Source: Bacillus subtilis subsp. subtilis str. 168
GTDB lineage: Bacteria; Bacillota; Bacilli; Bacillales; Bacillaceae
Direction: 5' to 3'
Assembly: GCF_000009045.1 (NCBI RefSeq)
Contig: NC_000964.3
Location: 570,001-602,000, forward strand
DNA length: 32,000 nt
Under the pieces are notes generated by a model that worked only from the letters and a program-made list of their open reading frames with translations, was not told where the DNA came from and searched no databases. Numbering within the stretch: position 1 is the stretch's first letter; each line of letters opens with the position of its first letter. Made by a program: the position numbers and the translations under genes. This document shows positions 1 through 8,197 of the stretch, in pieces.

Positions 1-295
1 ATCTAAATATTACCATGGAATAGATAGGATGATATTGAAAACTGTTTAAGAAGAGGAAACGATCTTGAATAGCATCGCGAAAACCTAAGAATCTTAAGAA
101 GTTTTGCCCCTTTTTCTTCAGGTATTGAATGTAAAGTGGGATATAAATGCAAACAAAAACGAAATGCCTTATCCACCTCGTGTCATGGCAGAAAAAGTGG
201 GGGATTTATTAGAGCGGATTTGATAATGGCGGCAGGTAAATGGGTGTTGACTTATATGTCTAAGCGGGAGACTCAAGTCTGCTCGATCGCATACA

Positions 296-330
296 AAATA
301 CCAAGGGCCAGCAACCCTTGGTATTTTTAT
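296..330. terminator. bidirectional intrinsic terminator downstream of ydeK
   Basis: Stem ATACCAAGGG (298..307) pairs with CCCTTGGTAT (315..324). T-runs on both strands. Confidence 0.75.
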
Positions 331-370
331 ACCTTCATGCATTTTTGAAGTTTATGCTTAAAGGTCTGCC

Positions 371-1234
371 TTACTTTGCAAATCGCCGAGCTGCTGCAAC
401 GCACATGATAACGGCGATATTCACTGCTACGAGTGCCCAGCCCACTTTCTCGTGCAGAATCACTGAGGCAAGCAGCAGTCCAAAAAAAGGCTGGAGAAGC
501 TGGAGCTGCCCAACCGCTGCAATTCCCCCTTGGGCAAGACCTCGATACCAGAACACGAAGCCAATCAGCATGCTGAATAAGGATACATATGCAAGACTGA
601 GCAGTGCGGGAACGCCGATCGCCGACCATGAGTCCGGCGTAAAAAAGAACGACAATGGCAGCATAAGAGGAAGCGACAGAACGAGTGCCCATGAGATCAC
701 CTGCCAATTCCCCAGACGCCGTGAAAGTTTGGCCCCTTCTGCATAACCAAGACCGCATACGACAATAGAAGCCAGCATGTACGCGTCGCCAAGCGGGGAT
801 GAACCTCCCCCCTGAATGAGGGCGAAACCTGCTACTAACAAGCTGCCGGCAGCTGAGAAAATCCAGAAGACGGGGCGAGGGCGTTCACCCCCGCGCAGTA
901 CGCCGAAGACTGCCGTTGCGAGTGGAAGAAGTCCAATGAAGACAATGGCGTGTGCGGATGTGACATGCTGAAGCGCTAAAGCTGTCAGCAACGGGAAACC
1001 AATCACTACGCCGAACGCTACCACTAACAATGAAATGAGATCTCTTTTGGCAGGATGCTGCTGCCGGAAGATGAGAAGGAGACCTCCCGCCAGTACACCA
1101 GCTATCGCAGCACGGCAAACTGTGAGAAATAACGGATCGAAGTCTGACACAGCCAAACGGGTCGCAGGCAGCGAGCCGCTGAAAATGAGTACGCCTATAA
1201 AACCATTTATCCAGCCATTTGTTGTTTTGTTCAT
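371..1234 (-). CDS. ydeK: EamA/DMT-family permease
   Basis: ORF 371..1243. I chose the ATG at 1234 (MNKTTNGW...) because GGAGTG lies about 6 nt upstream. The protein is very hydrophobic with multiple TM helices and two EamA-like halves. It matches my memory of B. subtilis YdeK (287 aa). Confidence 0.88.
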   Translation of the reverse strand: MNKTTNGWINGFIGVLIFSGSLPATRLAVSDFDPLFLTVCRAAIAGVLAGGLLLIFRQQHPAKRDLISLLVVAFGVVIGFPLLTALALQHVTSAHAIVFIGLLPLATAVFGVLRGGERPRPVFWIFSAAGSLLVAGFALIQGGGSSPLGDAYMLASIVVCGLGYAEGAKLSRRLGNWQVISWALVLSLPLMLPLSFFFTPDSWSAIGVPALLSLAYVSLFSMLIGFVFWYRGLAQGGIAAVGQLQLLQPFFGLLLASVILHEKVGWALVAVNIAVIMCVAAARRFAK

Positions 1235-1287
1235 TATAATCACTCCACATATCTTTCTTGTTCATTGTCTGTATTTTCTTAACAAAA

Positions 1288-1371
1288 CCAGCAGCTAAGG
1301 ATTACAATGACTATAAACTGGAATTGGCCTTTTATAAACAGCCAGTTTTCATAAAAAAATGCATACCAGTT
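1288..1371. promoter_or_regulatory. candidate MocR (YdeL) operator: CCAG repeats in the ydeK/ydeL divergent region
   Basis: aaaaCCAGca (1288), an inverted AACTGG (1316..1321), cagCCAGTTtt (1342) and ataCCAGTTag (1366). Direct-repeat spacing is 54 and 24 bp. The last repeat abuts the ydeL RBS. Confidence 0.45.
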
Positions 1372-1388
1372 AGGAGAACAACGCGCAA

Positions 1389-2780
1389 ATGGATATCACG
1401 CCTTTTTTGAATAGAACTCTGGATATTCCGCTTTATCAGCAGCTTTATCGGTATTTTAAAGAAAATATGCATCGGGGCCGTATTCAAAAAGGAATGAAGC
1501 TTCCTTCAAAAAGACTCCTGGCGAATCAGCTTTCCATCAGCCAAACGACTGTAGAACGTGCCTATGAACAGCTCGCTGCTGAAGGTTATATTGTGAGCAA
1601 GCCAAGAAGCGGGTGGTTTGCTGATTATCATGATTCTGATTTTGCTTATGATAGAATGCCAAGCACAACACCCATTCAACAAGAAGCAGAAGAAAATAAA
1701 CAATGGATTGATTTTCATTATGGGAATGTAGATTCTTCTTACTTCCCTTTTTCCGCATGGCGAAAAAGCATGGTCAATAGCTTAGACCAATATGGACACG
1801 AGCTTTATCGGCCGGGACATGTTTTAGGAGAGTTTGAGCTGAGAACACTCATTGCAGAGTACCTGTATCAATCTCGGGGGGTTCATTGCGGCCCTGAACA
1901 AGTGATTATAGGTGCCGGGAACCCTATTCTGCTGCAAATCTTGTGCCAAGTTTTTGAGCCGAATATTTCTATAGGGTATGAGGATCCTGGTTATCCAAGA
2001 GCACGCAAGATTTTTGAAGCCAACCGCATGAATATTGTTCCTATACCAGTCGATGATGAGGGAATCTGTATACAGAAGATCAAAGAACAGCAGCCAAACC
2101 TTGTATATGTCACACCTTCCCATCAATTTACGCTGGGAACCATAATGACAATAAACAGAAGAATTCAGCTGCTCAAATGGGCGGCCGAAAATCAATCCTT
2201 TATCATAGAGGATGATTATGACGGGGAATTTAGGTACACAGGACAGCCGGTTCCTTCTCTGCAAGGGCTTGATCAGCATAACCGTGTCATTTATATGGGC
2301 ACTTTTTCTAAGTCTCTTTTGCCCTCGCTGCGTATCAGCTATATGATTCTTCCTTCGCCTCTTTTAAAAAAGGGTCATGAAATCACGTCCTTATATAAGC
2401 AGACAGTGTCCTGCCACAGTCAGCTAACCCTAGCTGAATTTATAAAAAATGGAGAGTGGCAAAAACACATCAACAGAATGAGAAAACTTTACCGCAAAAA
2501 AAGAGCCATTGTATTAGAGGCAGTGCAAAGGGAATTAGGAGAGCATGTCAGAATCCGCGGAGAAAACTCTGGGCTTCGTATCTTACTTGACGTTTATTTG
2601 CCATTTGGTGAAAAAGAGTTAATTGAGAAGGCGAAAAAACATGGAGTAAAAATTTATCCTGTTTCTCTTTCTTATCAACATCATCCTCCTACAAAAACGG
2701 TCTCGCTCGGGTTTGCAGGGGTTTCTGAATCCGACATAAGAGAAGGCATAAAAAAACTGAAGGCTGCCTGGAAGATATGA
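1389..2780 (+). CDS. ydeL: MocR-type regulator (GntR wHTH fused to a PLP aminotransferase-like domain)
   Basis: 463-aa ORF with AGGAGA 11 nt upstream. N-terminal GntR HTH (LPSKRLLANQLSISQTTVERAYEQL). C-terminal fold-type I aminotransferase domain with a PLP-lysine motif (TFSKSL). Divergent from the EamA gene. Confidence 0.92.
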   Translation: MDITPFLNRTLDIPLYQQLYRYFKENMHRGRIQKGMKLPSKRLLANQLSISQTTVERAYEQLAAEGYIVSKPRSGWFADYHDSDFAYDRMPSTTPIQQEAEENKQWIDFHYGNVDSSYFPFSAWRKSMVNSLDQYGHELYRPGHVLGEFELRTLIAEYLYQSRGVHCGPEQVIIGAGNPILLQILCQVFEPNISIGYEDPGYPRARKIFEANRMNIVPIPVDDEGICIQKIKEQQPNLVYVTPSHQFTLGTIMTINRRIQLLKWAAENQSFIIEDDYDGEFRYTGQPVPSLQGLDQHNRVIYMGTFSKSLLPSLRISYMILPSPLLKKGHEITSLYKQTVSCHSQLTLAEFIKNGEWQKHINRMRKLYRKKRAIVLEAVQRELGEHVRIRGENSGLRILLDVYLPFGEKELIEKAKKHGVKIYPVSLSYQHHPPTKTVSLGFAGVSESDIREGIKKLKAAWKI

Positions 2781-2973
2781 GGGAGCTTTCAGTTTAGCAA
2801 AACGGCCAAGTGACGACTAAGTGTTGAGAGCTGTTCAATATTTTTTAAGTATATGATGAGTGCCTGCAGTCCAGGCCACGATACGTCTGTTTAGCGAAAA
2901 ACAGAATTTTTTATTTGCTCCTCACAGTGCTAAAATAAACAAAATAGACAATTGAAAAAATAGAGGTGTAAGA

Positions 2974-3399
2974 ATGAAGTTAGATGAGTTTACAATTGGC
3001 CAGGTCTTCAAAACGAAATCATTAAAAGTATCAAAAGATGATATTATGCGGTTTGCGGGTGAATTTGACCCTCAGTATATGCATGTAGATGAAGAAAAAG
3101 CGAGTAAAGGCAGATTTAATGGAATTATCGCTTCCGGCATACAAACACTGGCCATATCTTTTAAACTTTGGATTGAAGAAGGTTTCTATGGAGACGATAT
3201 TATAGCCGGAACAGAGATGAATCATATGACATTCATAAAACCCGTATATCCGGATGATGAATTGTTTACAATTGTTGAGGTTCTTGATAAGCAGCCAAAG
3301 AGAAATGAATTGGGAATACTCACAGTATTGCTATCTACTTATAATCAAAAAGAAGTAAAAGTGTTTGAAGGTGAGTTATCTGTATTGATCAAACGATAA
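2974..3399 (+). CDS. ydeM: MaoC-like (hotdog fold) dehydratase
   Basis: 141-aa ORF with RBS AGAGGTG. N-terminal FAGEFDPQYMHVDEE resembles the MaoC dehydratase motif. Confidence 0.88.
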   Translation: MKLDEFTIGQVFKTKSLKVSKDDIMRFAGEFDPQYMHVDEEKASKGRFNGIIASGIQTLAISFKLWIEEGFYGDDIIAGTEMNHMTFIKPVYPDDELFTIVEVLDKQPKRNELGILTVLLSTYNQKEVKVFEGELSVLIKR

Positions 3400-3404
3400 C
3401 TCAG

Positions 3405-3427
3405 AAAGCCCGCTTTTCGCGGGCTCG
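3405..3427. terminator. hairpin between convergent ydeM and ydeN
   Basis: AGCCCGC-ttttc-GCGGGCT. The U-tracts are weak. Confidence 0.5.
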
Positions 3428-3451
3428 ATTGAAGCAGATGGGTGAAAGATG

Positions 3452-4024
3452 TTAGCGGGTTTCCTTTGAAAAATAAGAGGTTAAAACATCATAAACAATA
3501 GGCAAAGAAGTAAATCCCTCATCTTCTAGAAAATGACCTCCGTGCTGAACTTCATATAACGCAGCATCAATTTGTTGTGCCAGATCCTTGCTGAATGAAA
3601 AAGGCACAATTTGGTCGTCCTTAGAAGCAATGACAGCACGGTGCTTCGCGGACTCGATGATTTTTTGATGATCAAACGATCCCTGTGTAAATTCATCTAA
3701 CATCTGTAAAGTGGGCAATGATTTGGCAAAGCCGGAAACAAGTATGATTCCGCCAAGCTGTTTTCGTAATTGAAGATGTTCCAAAAATCTCAAAATGGCG
3801 GGGCAACCTAAGCTGTGCGCAACCAAATACGTATTTTCATGTAAAGTGTGCTGATATAAAGAGAGTGTATCCAGCCAATCCTCAAGTCTTGGCTGGAGCG
3901 GATTAGGCATGTTTAAAATGTCTGCTTGGACCCCATCTGCGAGCAGACGTTTTTTCAGCCAAGGGAACCAATGATTTGTTGAGGAGGCTCTGTAGCCATG
4001 AATGATATAGACTTGTTTTGTCAT
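3452..4024 (-). CDS. ydeN: alpha/beta-fold serine hydrolase (YdeN family)
   Basis: 190-aa ORF with RBS AGGAGG. Nucleophile elbow AHSLGC and a C-terminal GGHF motif. Confidence 0.9.
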   Translation of the reverse strand: MTKQVYIIHGYRASSTNHWFPWLKKRLLADGVQADILNMPNPLQPRLEDWLDTLSLYQHTLHENTYLVAHSLGCPAILRFLEHLQLRKQLGGIILVSGFAKSLPTLQMLDEFTQGSFDHQKIIESAKHRAVIASKDDQIVPFSFSKDLAQQIDAALYEVQHGGHFLEDEGFTSLPIVYDVLTSYFSKETR

Positions 4025-4052
4025 TATTTCCTCCTAAGAAATATTTTCATTC

Positions 4053-4091
4053 AGTATAAAATTCCTCTCATTGGGAAACAAGTACGCACTT
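4053..4091 (-). promoter_or_regulatory. candidate ydeN promoter (TTGTTT-17-TATACT) with an upstream AAGTGCGTACTT motif
   Basis: Minus strand reads AAGTGCGTACTTGTTT-cccaatgagaggaattt-TATACT. The last TT of the motif is the first TT of the -35. Confidence 0.4.
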
Positions 4092-4105
4092 TTTTGTAAG
4101 TAGCT

Positions 4106-4435
4106 TTACATATGAGGCCCTCCTTGTGCCATTCCCCACTTACACATCTCATCTATGAGGGGATACAAAGATCGCCCTCTGTCAGATAACGAATACTCTA
4201 CTTTCAGTGGGGTGTGAGAAACCTCAGACCGATGAATAAGGCCGTCAGTTTGCAATTCCTTAAGCTGTGCGCTTAACATTTTATGGGTGATGAAGGGCAT
4301 AGCCCTTTTCAGCTCGCCGTATCTCATCGTTTTTTCACACCCTAACTCATAGAGAATTCTCATTTTCCATTTGCCCCCTATAAGAGATAAGGTGTATTCA
4401 AATGGGGCTTGTTTACTGCGGCACAGGCTATTCAT
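4106..4435 (-). CDS. ydzF: HxlR-family wHTH transcriptional regulator
   Basis: ORF 4106..4543, but only the ATG at 4435 (MNSLCRSKQAPFEY...) has a strong RBS (AAGGAGG, 10-nt spacer). It carries the HxlR signature LIGGKWKMRILYEL...PLKVEYSLS. Confidence 0.85.
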   Translation of the reverse strand: MNSLCRSKQAPFEYTLSLIGGKWKMRILYELGCEKTMRYGELKRAMPFITHKMLSAQLKELQTDGLIHRSEVSHTPLKVEYSLSDRGRSLYPLIDEMCKWGMAQGGPHM

Positions 4436-4623
4436 TGTAATCAAACCTCCTTTTTTAAGTATCATATCAGAATAAATTAGGATTTTCGGTGTTGAAGTTT
4501 GAGGGCGATTCACGATCTGAAGTGAAAGGGGCCGCTTGCTCAACAGGCGGCACGGTACATGAATGTTCTAAGTCAAAGAGGGTTACCTTACTGTTAGTTA
4601 CTTTATTTAAAAAAACGCATGTT

Positions 4624-4653
4624 TTTAGCTGAAAATATCTATTATGGTATATT
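4624..4653 (+). promoter_or_regulatory. candidate ydeO promoter with an extended -10 (TGgTATATT)
   Basis: TTTAGC-18-TATATT, with TG one nt upstream of the -10 hexamer, about 37 nt upstream of the ATG. Confidence 0.35.
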
Positions 4654-4689
4654 TAAATATAAAGAAATATTTGAGAAATGAGGAATGGT

Positions 4690-5562
4690 ATGAATACACC
4701 CAAAAAACATAAGAAATTTAAAGCGAAAATGATTCTCCAAATCATCATGGTTATCATTGGAGGAATCATAGCGGCATATGGACTAGAAACAGTGCTCATT
4801 CCAAACAGTGTATCTGATGGAGGGGTGACGGGTCTTAGCATCGTTGGTTCACAGCTATTCAACTTGCCGCTGGGGATTTTGATTGCTGTGATCAACATTC
4901 CATTTGTCTGGTTAGGATATAAGCAAATTGGGAAAAGCTTTGCATTATTATCAATTATCGGAATCGTATCGCTTGCCGCGGGGACAAGCTTTTTCCACCA
5001 CACACCCGCTATCATAGAAGGAGATACCCTGTTAATTACCGTTGTCGGCGGGATTATCCTTGGATTCGGAATGGGGCTGGCGCTGCGTAATGGCGGCGCA
5101 TTAGATGGAATTGACATGCTTGCTGTGCTGCTATCCCGAAAACTGCCATTCGGAACGAGCGATCTCATTCTATTCTTAAACCTATTTGTGTTTATTTTTG
5201 TTTCCACAGTATTTGGCTTACAAGGGGCATTGCTTTCAGTCATTGCTTACTACATTGCATCCAAAGTGATTCATGTTGTGGAGGAAGGCTTAAGCGGCTC
5301 TAAAACCTTTCAAATTATTACAACCCAACCTGAATTAATGGTAGAGACAATACGTGATCAATTAGGCCGAAGCGCCACATATAAAGAAGCTTACGGGGGT
5401 TTTTCCCACGAGAAATTTAAAGAAATCACATGTGTCATCAACCGTTTAGAAGAAACCAAACTAAAGGAAATTATTAATGATATTGATAAAACTGCCTTTG
5501 TTACCGTGTATGATGTAGCTGAAGTGAAGGGCAGCAATTTTAGAAATCTTAATCATCACTAA
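4690..5562 (+). CDS. ydeO: YitT-family membrane protein with a C-terminal DUF2179 domain
   Basis: ORF 4678..5562. The ATG at 4690 (MNTPKKHKK) follows GAGG. Polytopic N-terminus and a soluble C-terminal domain (FVTVYDVAEVKG). Confidence 0.87.
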   Translation: MNTPKKHKKFKAKMILQIIMVIIGGIIAAYGLETVLIPNSVSDGGVTGLSIVGSQLFNLPLGILIAVINIPFVWLGYKQIGKSFALLSIIGIVSLAAGTSFFHHTPAIIEGDTLLITVVGGIILGFGMGLALRNGGALDGIDMLAVLLSRKLPFGTSDLILFLNLFVFIFVSTVFGLQGALLSVIAYYIASKVIHVVEEGLSGSKTFQIITTQPELMVETIRDQLGRSATYKEAYGGFSHEKFKEITCVINRLEETKLKEIINDIDKTAFVTVYDVAEVKGSNFRNLNHH

Positions 5563-5669
5563 AAAATAGAATGACCTTTTTAACCGTAACTGACATGCCG
5601 CGGGTAATTTAATCAAAAACACTTTTTTGAGGCTTGTGGGTGAATAACCGGTGAAGGTCTGAATCACAG

Positions 5670-5706
5670 AAATACCAAGGGCGTCAAAACCCTTGGTATT
5701 TTTTCT
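5670..5706. terminator. bidirectional intrinsic terminator between ydeO and ydeP
   Basis: Stem ATACCAAGGG (5672..5681) pairs with CCCTTGGTAT (5690..5699), followed by TTTTTT. Confidence 0.75.
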
Positions 5707-5711
5707 GGTTA

Positions 5712-6098
5712 TTAGATTTTATCTTCAGCTTTACGTGCTGCTTCGAGCTTATCAATCCTGTCTTTATATTTTTCTCCCCAGTCCTTCATGTGCAGGATAA
5801 CAGGTTCTAATGTTCTTCCAAACTCAGTTAAAGAGTATTCGACTTTTGGAGGGACCTGTTTATAAACCTCGCGGTGAATCACGCCATCCCGTTCCAATTC
5901 TCTTAATTGTAGCGTGAGCATACGCTGGGTAATTTTTGGGTATAGTTTTCGAAACTCATTAAACCTCTTTTTACCGTCAATGAGATGATAAAGAAGAATG
6001 CCTTTCCACTTACCTCCGATGATATCTAATGTTGTCTCCACCGGACATCCTTCAAAGTCATCAGAAGAATAATCAATGCCGAGTTTACGATTTCTCAA
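5712..6098 (-). CDS. ydeP: HxlR-family wHTH transcriptional regulator
   Basis: ORF 5712..6140. The in-frame TTG at 6098 is preceded by AGGAGTG plus 6 nt and gives 128 aa. Signature IIGGKWKGILLYHL...PPKVEYSLT. Confidence 0.85.
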   Translation of the reverse strand: MRNRKLGIDYSSDDFEGCPVETTLDIIGGKWKGILLYHLIDGKKRFNEFRKLYPKITQRMLTLQLRELERDGVIHREVYKQVPPKVEYSLTEFGRTLEPVILHMKDWGEKYKDRIDKLEAARKAEDKI

Positions 6099-6114
6099 GC
6101 TGTTCACTCCTAAT

Positions 6115-6182
6115 AGTATACTTTTTGATACTATATACATTCAATGTGCGTACTTTTTATATTTTAATATACATCATATAAT
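6115..6182. promoter_or_regulatory. back-to-back ydeP / ydeQ promoters sharing an ATGTGCGTACTT motif
   Basis: ydeQ (+): ATGTGCGTACTTTTTA-17-TATAAT, with the -10 at 6177..6182. ydeP (-): TTGAAT (6144..6139)-18-TATACT (6120..6115). The motif 6144..6155 sits between the two -35 elements. Confidence 0.45.
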
Positions 6183-6208
6183 GATGTCACATCTAAGGAA
6201 TGAAAGGA

Positions 6209-6802
6209 ATGGATCATATGAAAACACTCGTACTCGTTGTACATCCGAATATAGAATCCTCTCGTATCAATAAAAAGTGGAAAGAAGCCGTTTTAAGTGA
6301 ACCAGATGTAACTGTCCATGATCTTTATGAAAAATATCGCGATCAACCAATTGATGTGGAATTTGAACAACAGCAGCTCCTGGCCCATGACCGTATCGTT
6401 TTTCAGTTTCCATTATACTGGTACAGCAGCCCACCGCTTTTAAAACAGTGGTTTGATGAAGTGTTTACGTTTGGCTGGGCTCATGGTCCCGGCGGAAATA
6501 AATTGAAGGGGAAAGAGTGGGTAACTGCCATGTCCATCGGTTCACCTGAACACTCTTATCAAGCCGGCGGATATAACTTGTTTTCGATAAGCGAGCTGAC
6601 AAAACCGTTCCAAGCATCTGCCCATTTAGTAGGCATGACCTATCTGCCTTCCTTTGCCGAATATCGCGCCAATACAATCAGTGACCAAGAAATTGCCGAA
6701 AGTGCGAATCGGTATGTAAAGCATATTACAAATATAGAATTAAACCCGAAGGTTCGCCTGCAAAGGTATTTGAAACAGCTGGAGAGTGTCGATTTAACAT
6801 AA
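6209..6802 (+). CDS. ydeQ: NAD(P)H dehydrogenase (quinone), flavodoxin-like fold
   Basis: ORF 6200..6802. The start is ambiguous (6200, 6209 or 6218). MKTLVLVVHPN...SSR and the later FQFPLYWYSSP motif are typical of the flavodoxin_2 quinone reductase family. Divergent from ydeP. Confidence 0.86.
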   Translation: MDHMKTLVLVVHPNIESSRINKKWKEAVLSEPDVTVHDLYEKYRDQPIDVEFEQQQLLAHDRIVFQFPLYWYSSPPLLKQWFDEVFTFGWAHGPGGNKLKGKEWVTAMSIGSPEHSYQAGGYNLFSISELTKPFQASAHLVGMTYLPSFAEYRANTISDQEIAESANRYVKHITNIELNPKVRLQRYLKQLESVDLT

Positions 6803-6814
6803 AGATTGATTTTT

Positions 6815-6850
6815 GAAAATCCTGTACTCACCAAGCAGGATTTTTTCTTG
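6815..6850 (+). terminator. ydeQ terminator
   Basis: GAAAATCCTG...CAGGATTTTTTC. Confidence 0.7.
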
Positions 6851-6877
6851 TTCAGCAGAGGGATTTTAACATATAGC

Positions 6878-6939
6878 AAAAAAAGAAGAAGCCACCAAAA
6901 ATAAGCTATTTGCTTGGTCCTGACTGCTTATTTTTGGTG
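6878..6939 (-). terminator. ydeR terminator
   Basis: 14-bp stem CACCAAAAATAAGC (6893..6906) pairs with GCTTATTTTTGGTG (6926..6939). U-tract on the minus strand. Confidence 0.7.
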
Positions 6940-6945
6940 AAATAC

Positions 6946-8133
6946 TTATTTCTCTGTGATGAAATAAAGCAAAGCGATGACCGGAAAAGCGATTCCAATC
7001 CATAATGCTGTACTCCATCCGCCTGAGGCATATGCCCATCCTCCAATTGATGACCCTATCGCACCGCCTAGAAAGAAGATCGCCATGAATAATCCGTTTA
7101 ATCGACTGCGAATTTCAGGCGCCAACGAAAAAATAGCACGTTGACTGAGCACAAGGTTTGCAGATACACCCATATCTAACAGAATAGCAGCGGCCACTAG
7201 AACTGTTATACCGACGGGGGAGCTGCTCTGAATCATGAGCGGCAGTAATAAAGAGACAACGACAACACCGAGAGCGATTCCAGTGGCAAGCCTGGTTAAG
7301 CCTCGATCAGCCAGGCGGCCGCCTATTGGTGCAGTGACTGCACCCGCAATGCCCACCAATGCGTAGAGTGCTATTGCCTTCTGAGAAAAATGAAAATCAG
7401 GACCGGACAATAATAAAGGAACAGTTGTCCAGAACAAGCTGAAAGCTCCAAATACAAACGCATGATAGATGGCACGGCGGCGTAAGACTGGAGTCGTGCG
7501 CAGCAGCTTCCACATTGAACCGAGTAAGGCAGTATAGTTTGTATTTGCTGTTGGTTTTCTGGCAGGAAGCACTTTTGATAATACGATGGCCAGGATAACA
7601 CTTACCACGGCGGACAAAGCGAATATTGCATTCCACCCCCAGATATCAGCGACTAGACTAGATATCGGACGGGAAAGCATAATACCGAGTAATAAGCCGC
7701 TCATGACATTGCCAACAACCCGGCCGCGTGCAGCGTCTGATGCAAGGTATGATGCAAATGGAACAAGCACTTGGGCTGCGATTGATCCCAATCCGACGAA
7801 AAACGCAGCTGCTAAAAACAGTGTTCCATGCTTCACAAATGCTGTTAGTGTCAAAGCCGCTGCGCTTAGAAGGAGCGATACAACAATAAGTTTTTTGTTT
7901 TCGATAATATCTCCTAAAGGGACAAGGAATAGTAAGCCGGCAACGTATCCGATTTGGGTGAGTGTGACAATCAATCCAGCACCGCTTGGAGAAAGTCCAA
8001 TTGCCTTACTAATTAATCCGACCAAGGGTTGTGCATAGTAAAGATTAGCAACAATGATACCGCATGCAGTTGCGAGAAGAAGGGTTAAACTGGGTGAAAT
8101 CCTCTGACCTGCTTGTTTGTTTCCATTAGCCAT
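6946..8133 (-). CDS. ydeR: MFS transporter
   Basis: ORF 6946..8175. The ATG at 8133 (MANGNKQAG...) has AAGGAG upstream and gives 395 aa with about 12 TM segments. Confidence 0.9.
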
Positions 8134-8197
8134 ATGAATGAACTCCTTTTTAAGTGGTTTTTTGAGTGTAATCATGACTTCTCACAAGTGATTTTAT

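Noticed and set aside
136-348. 70-aa plus-strand ORF (and the overlapping ORFs at 318..746 and 327..758)
   Set aside because: The first has a GTG start without an RBS and reads through the terminator stem at 298..324. The other two overlap ydeK in other frames.
4436-4543. 36-codon N-terminal extension of ydzF
   Set aside because: The strong AAGGAGG RBS precedes the internal ATG at 4435, and the HxlR domain begins right there. The extension would cover the predicted extended -10 promoter.
4653-5243. 196-aa ORF on the minus strand
   Set aside because: It is antisense to ydeO, which has clear family features and an RBS. It has no RBS and an odd composition.
7586-8038. 150-aa plus-strand ORF (also the 76-aa and 79-aa ORFs at 7371..7636)
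   Set aside because: These are embedded in, or antisense to, the MFS gene ydeR. They have no translation signals.
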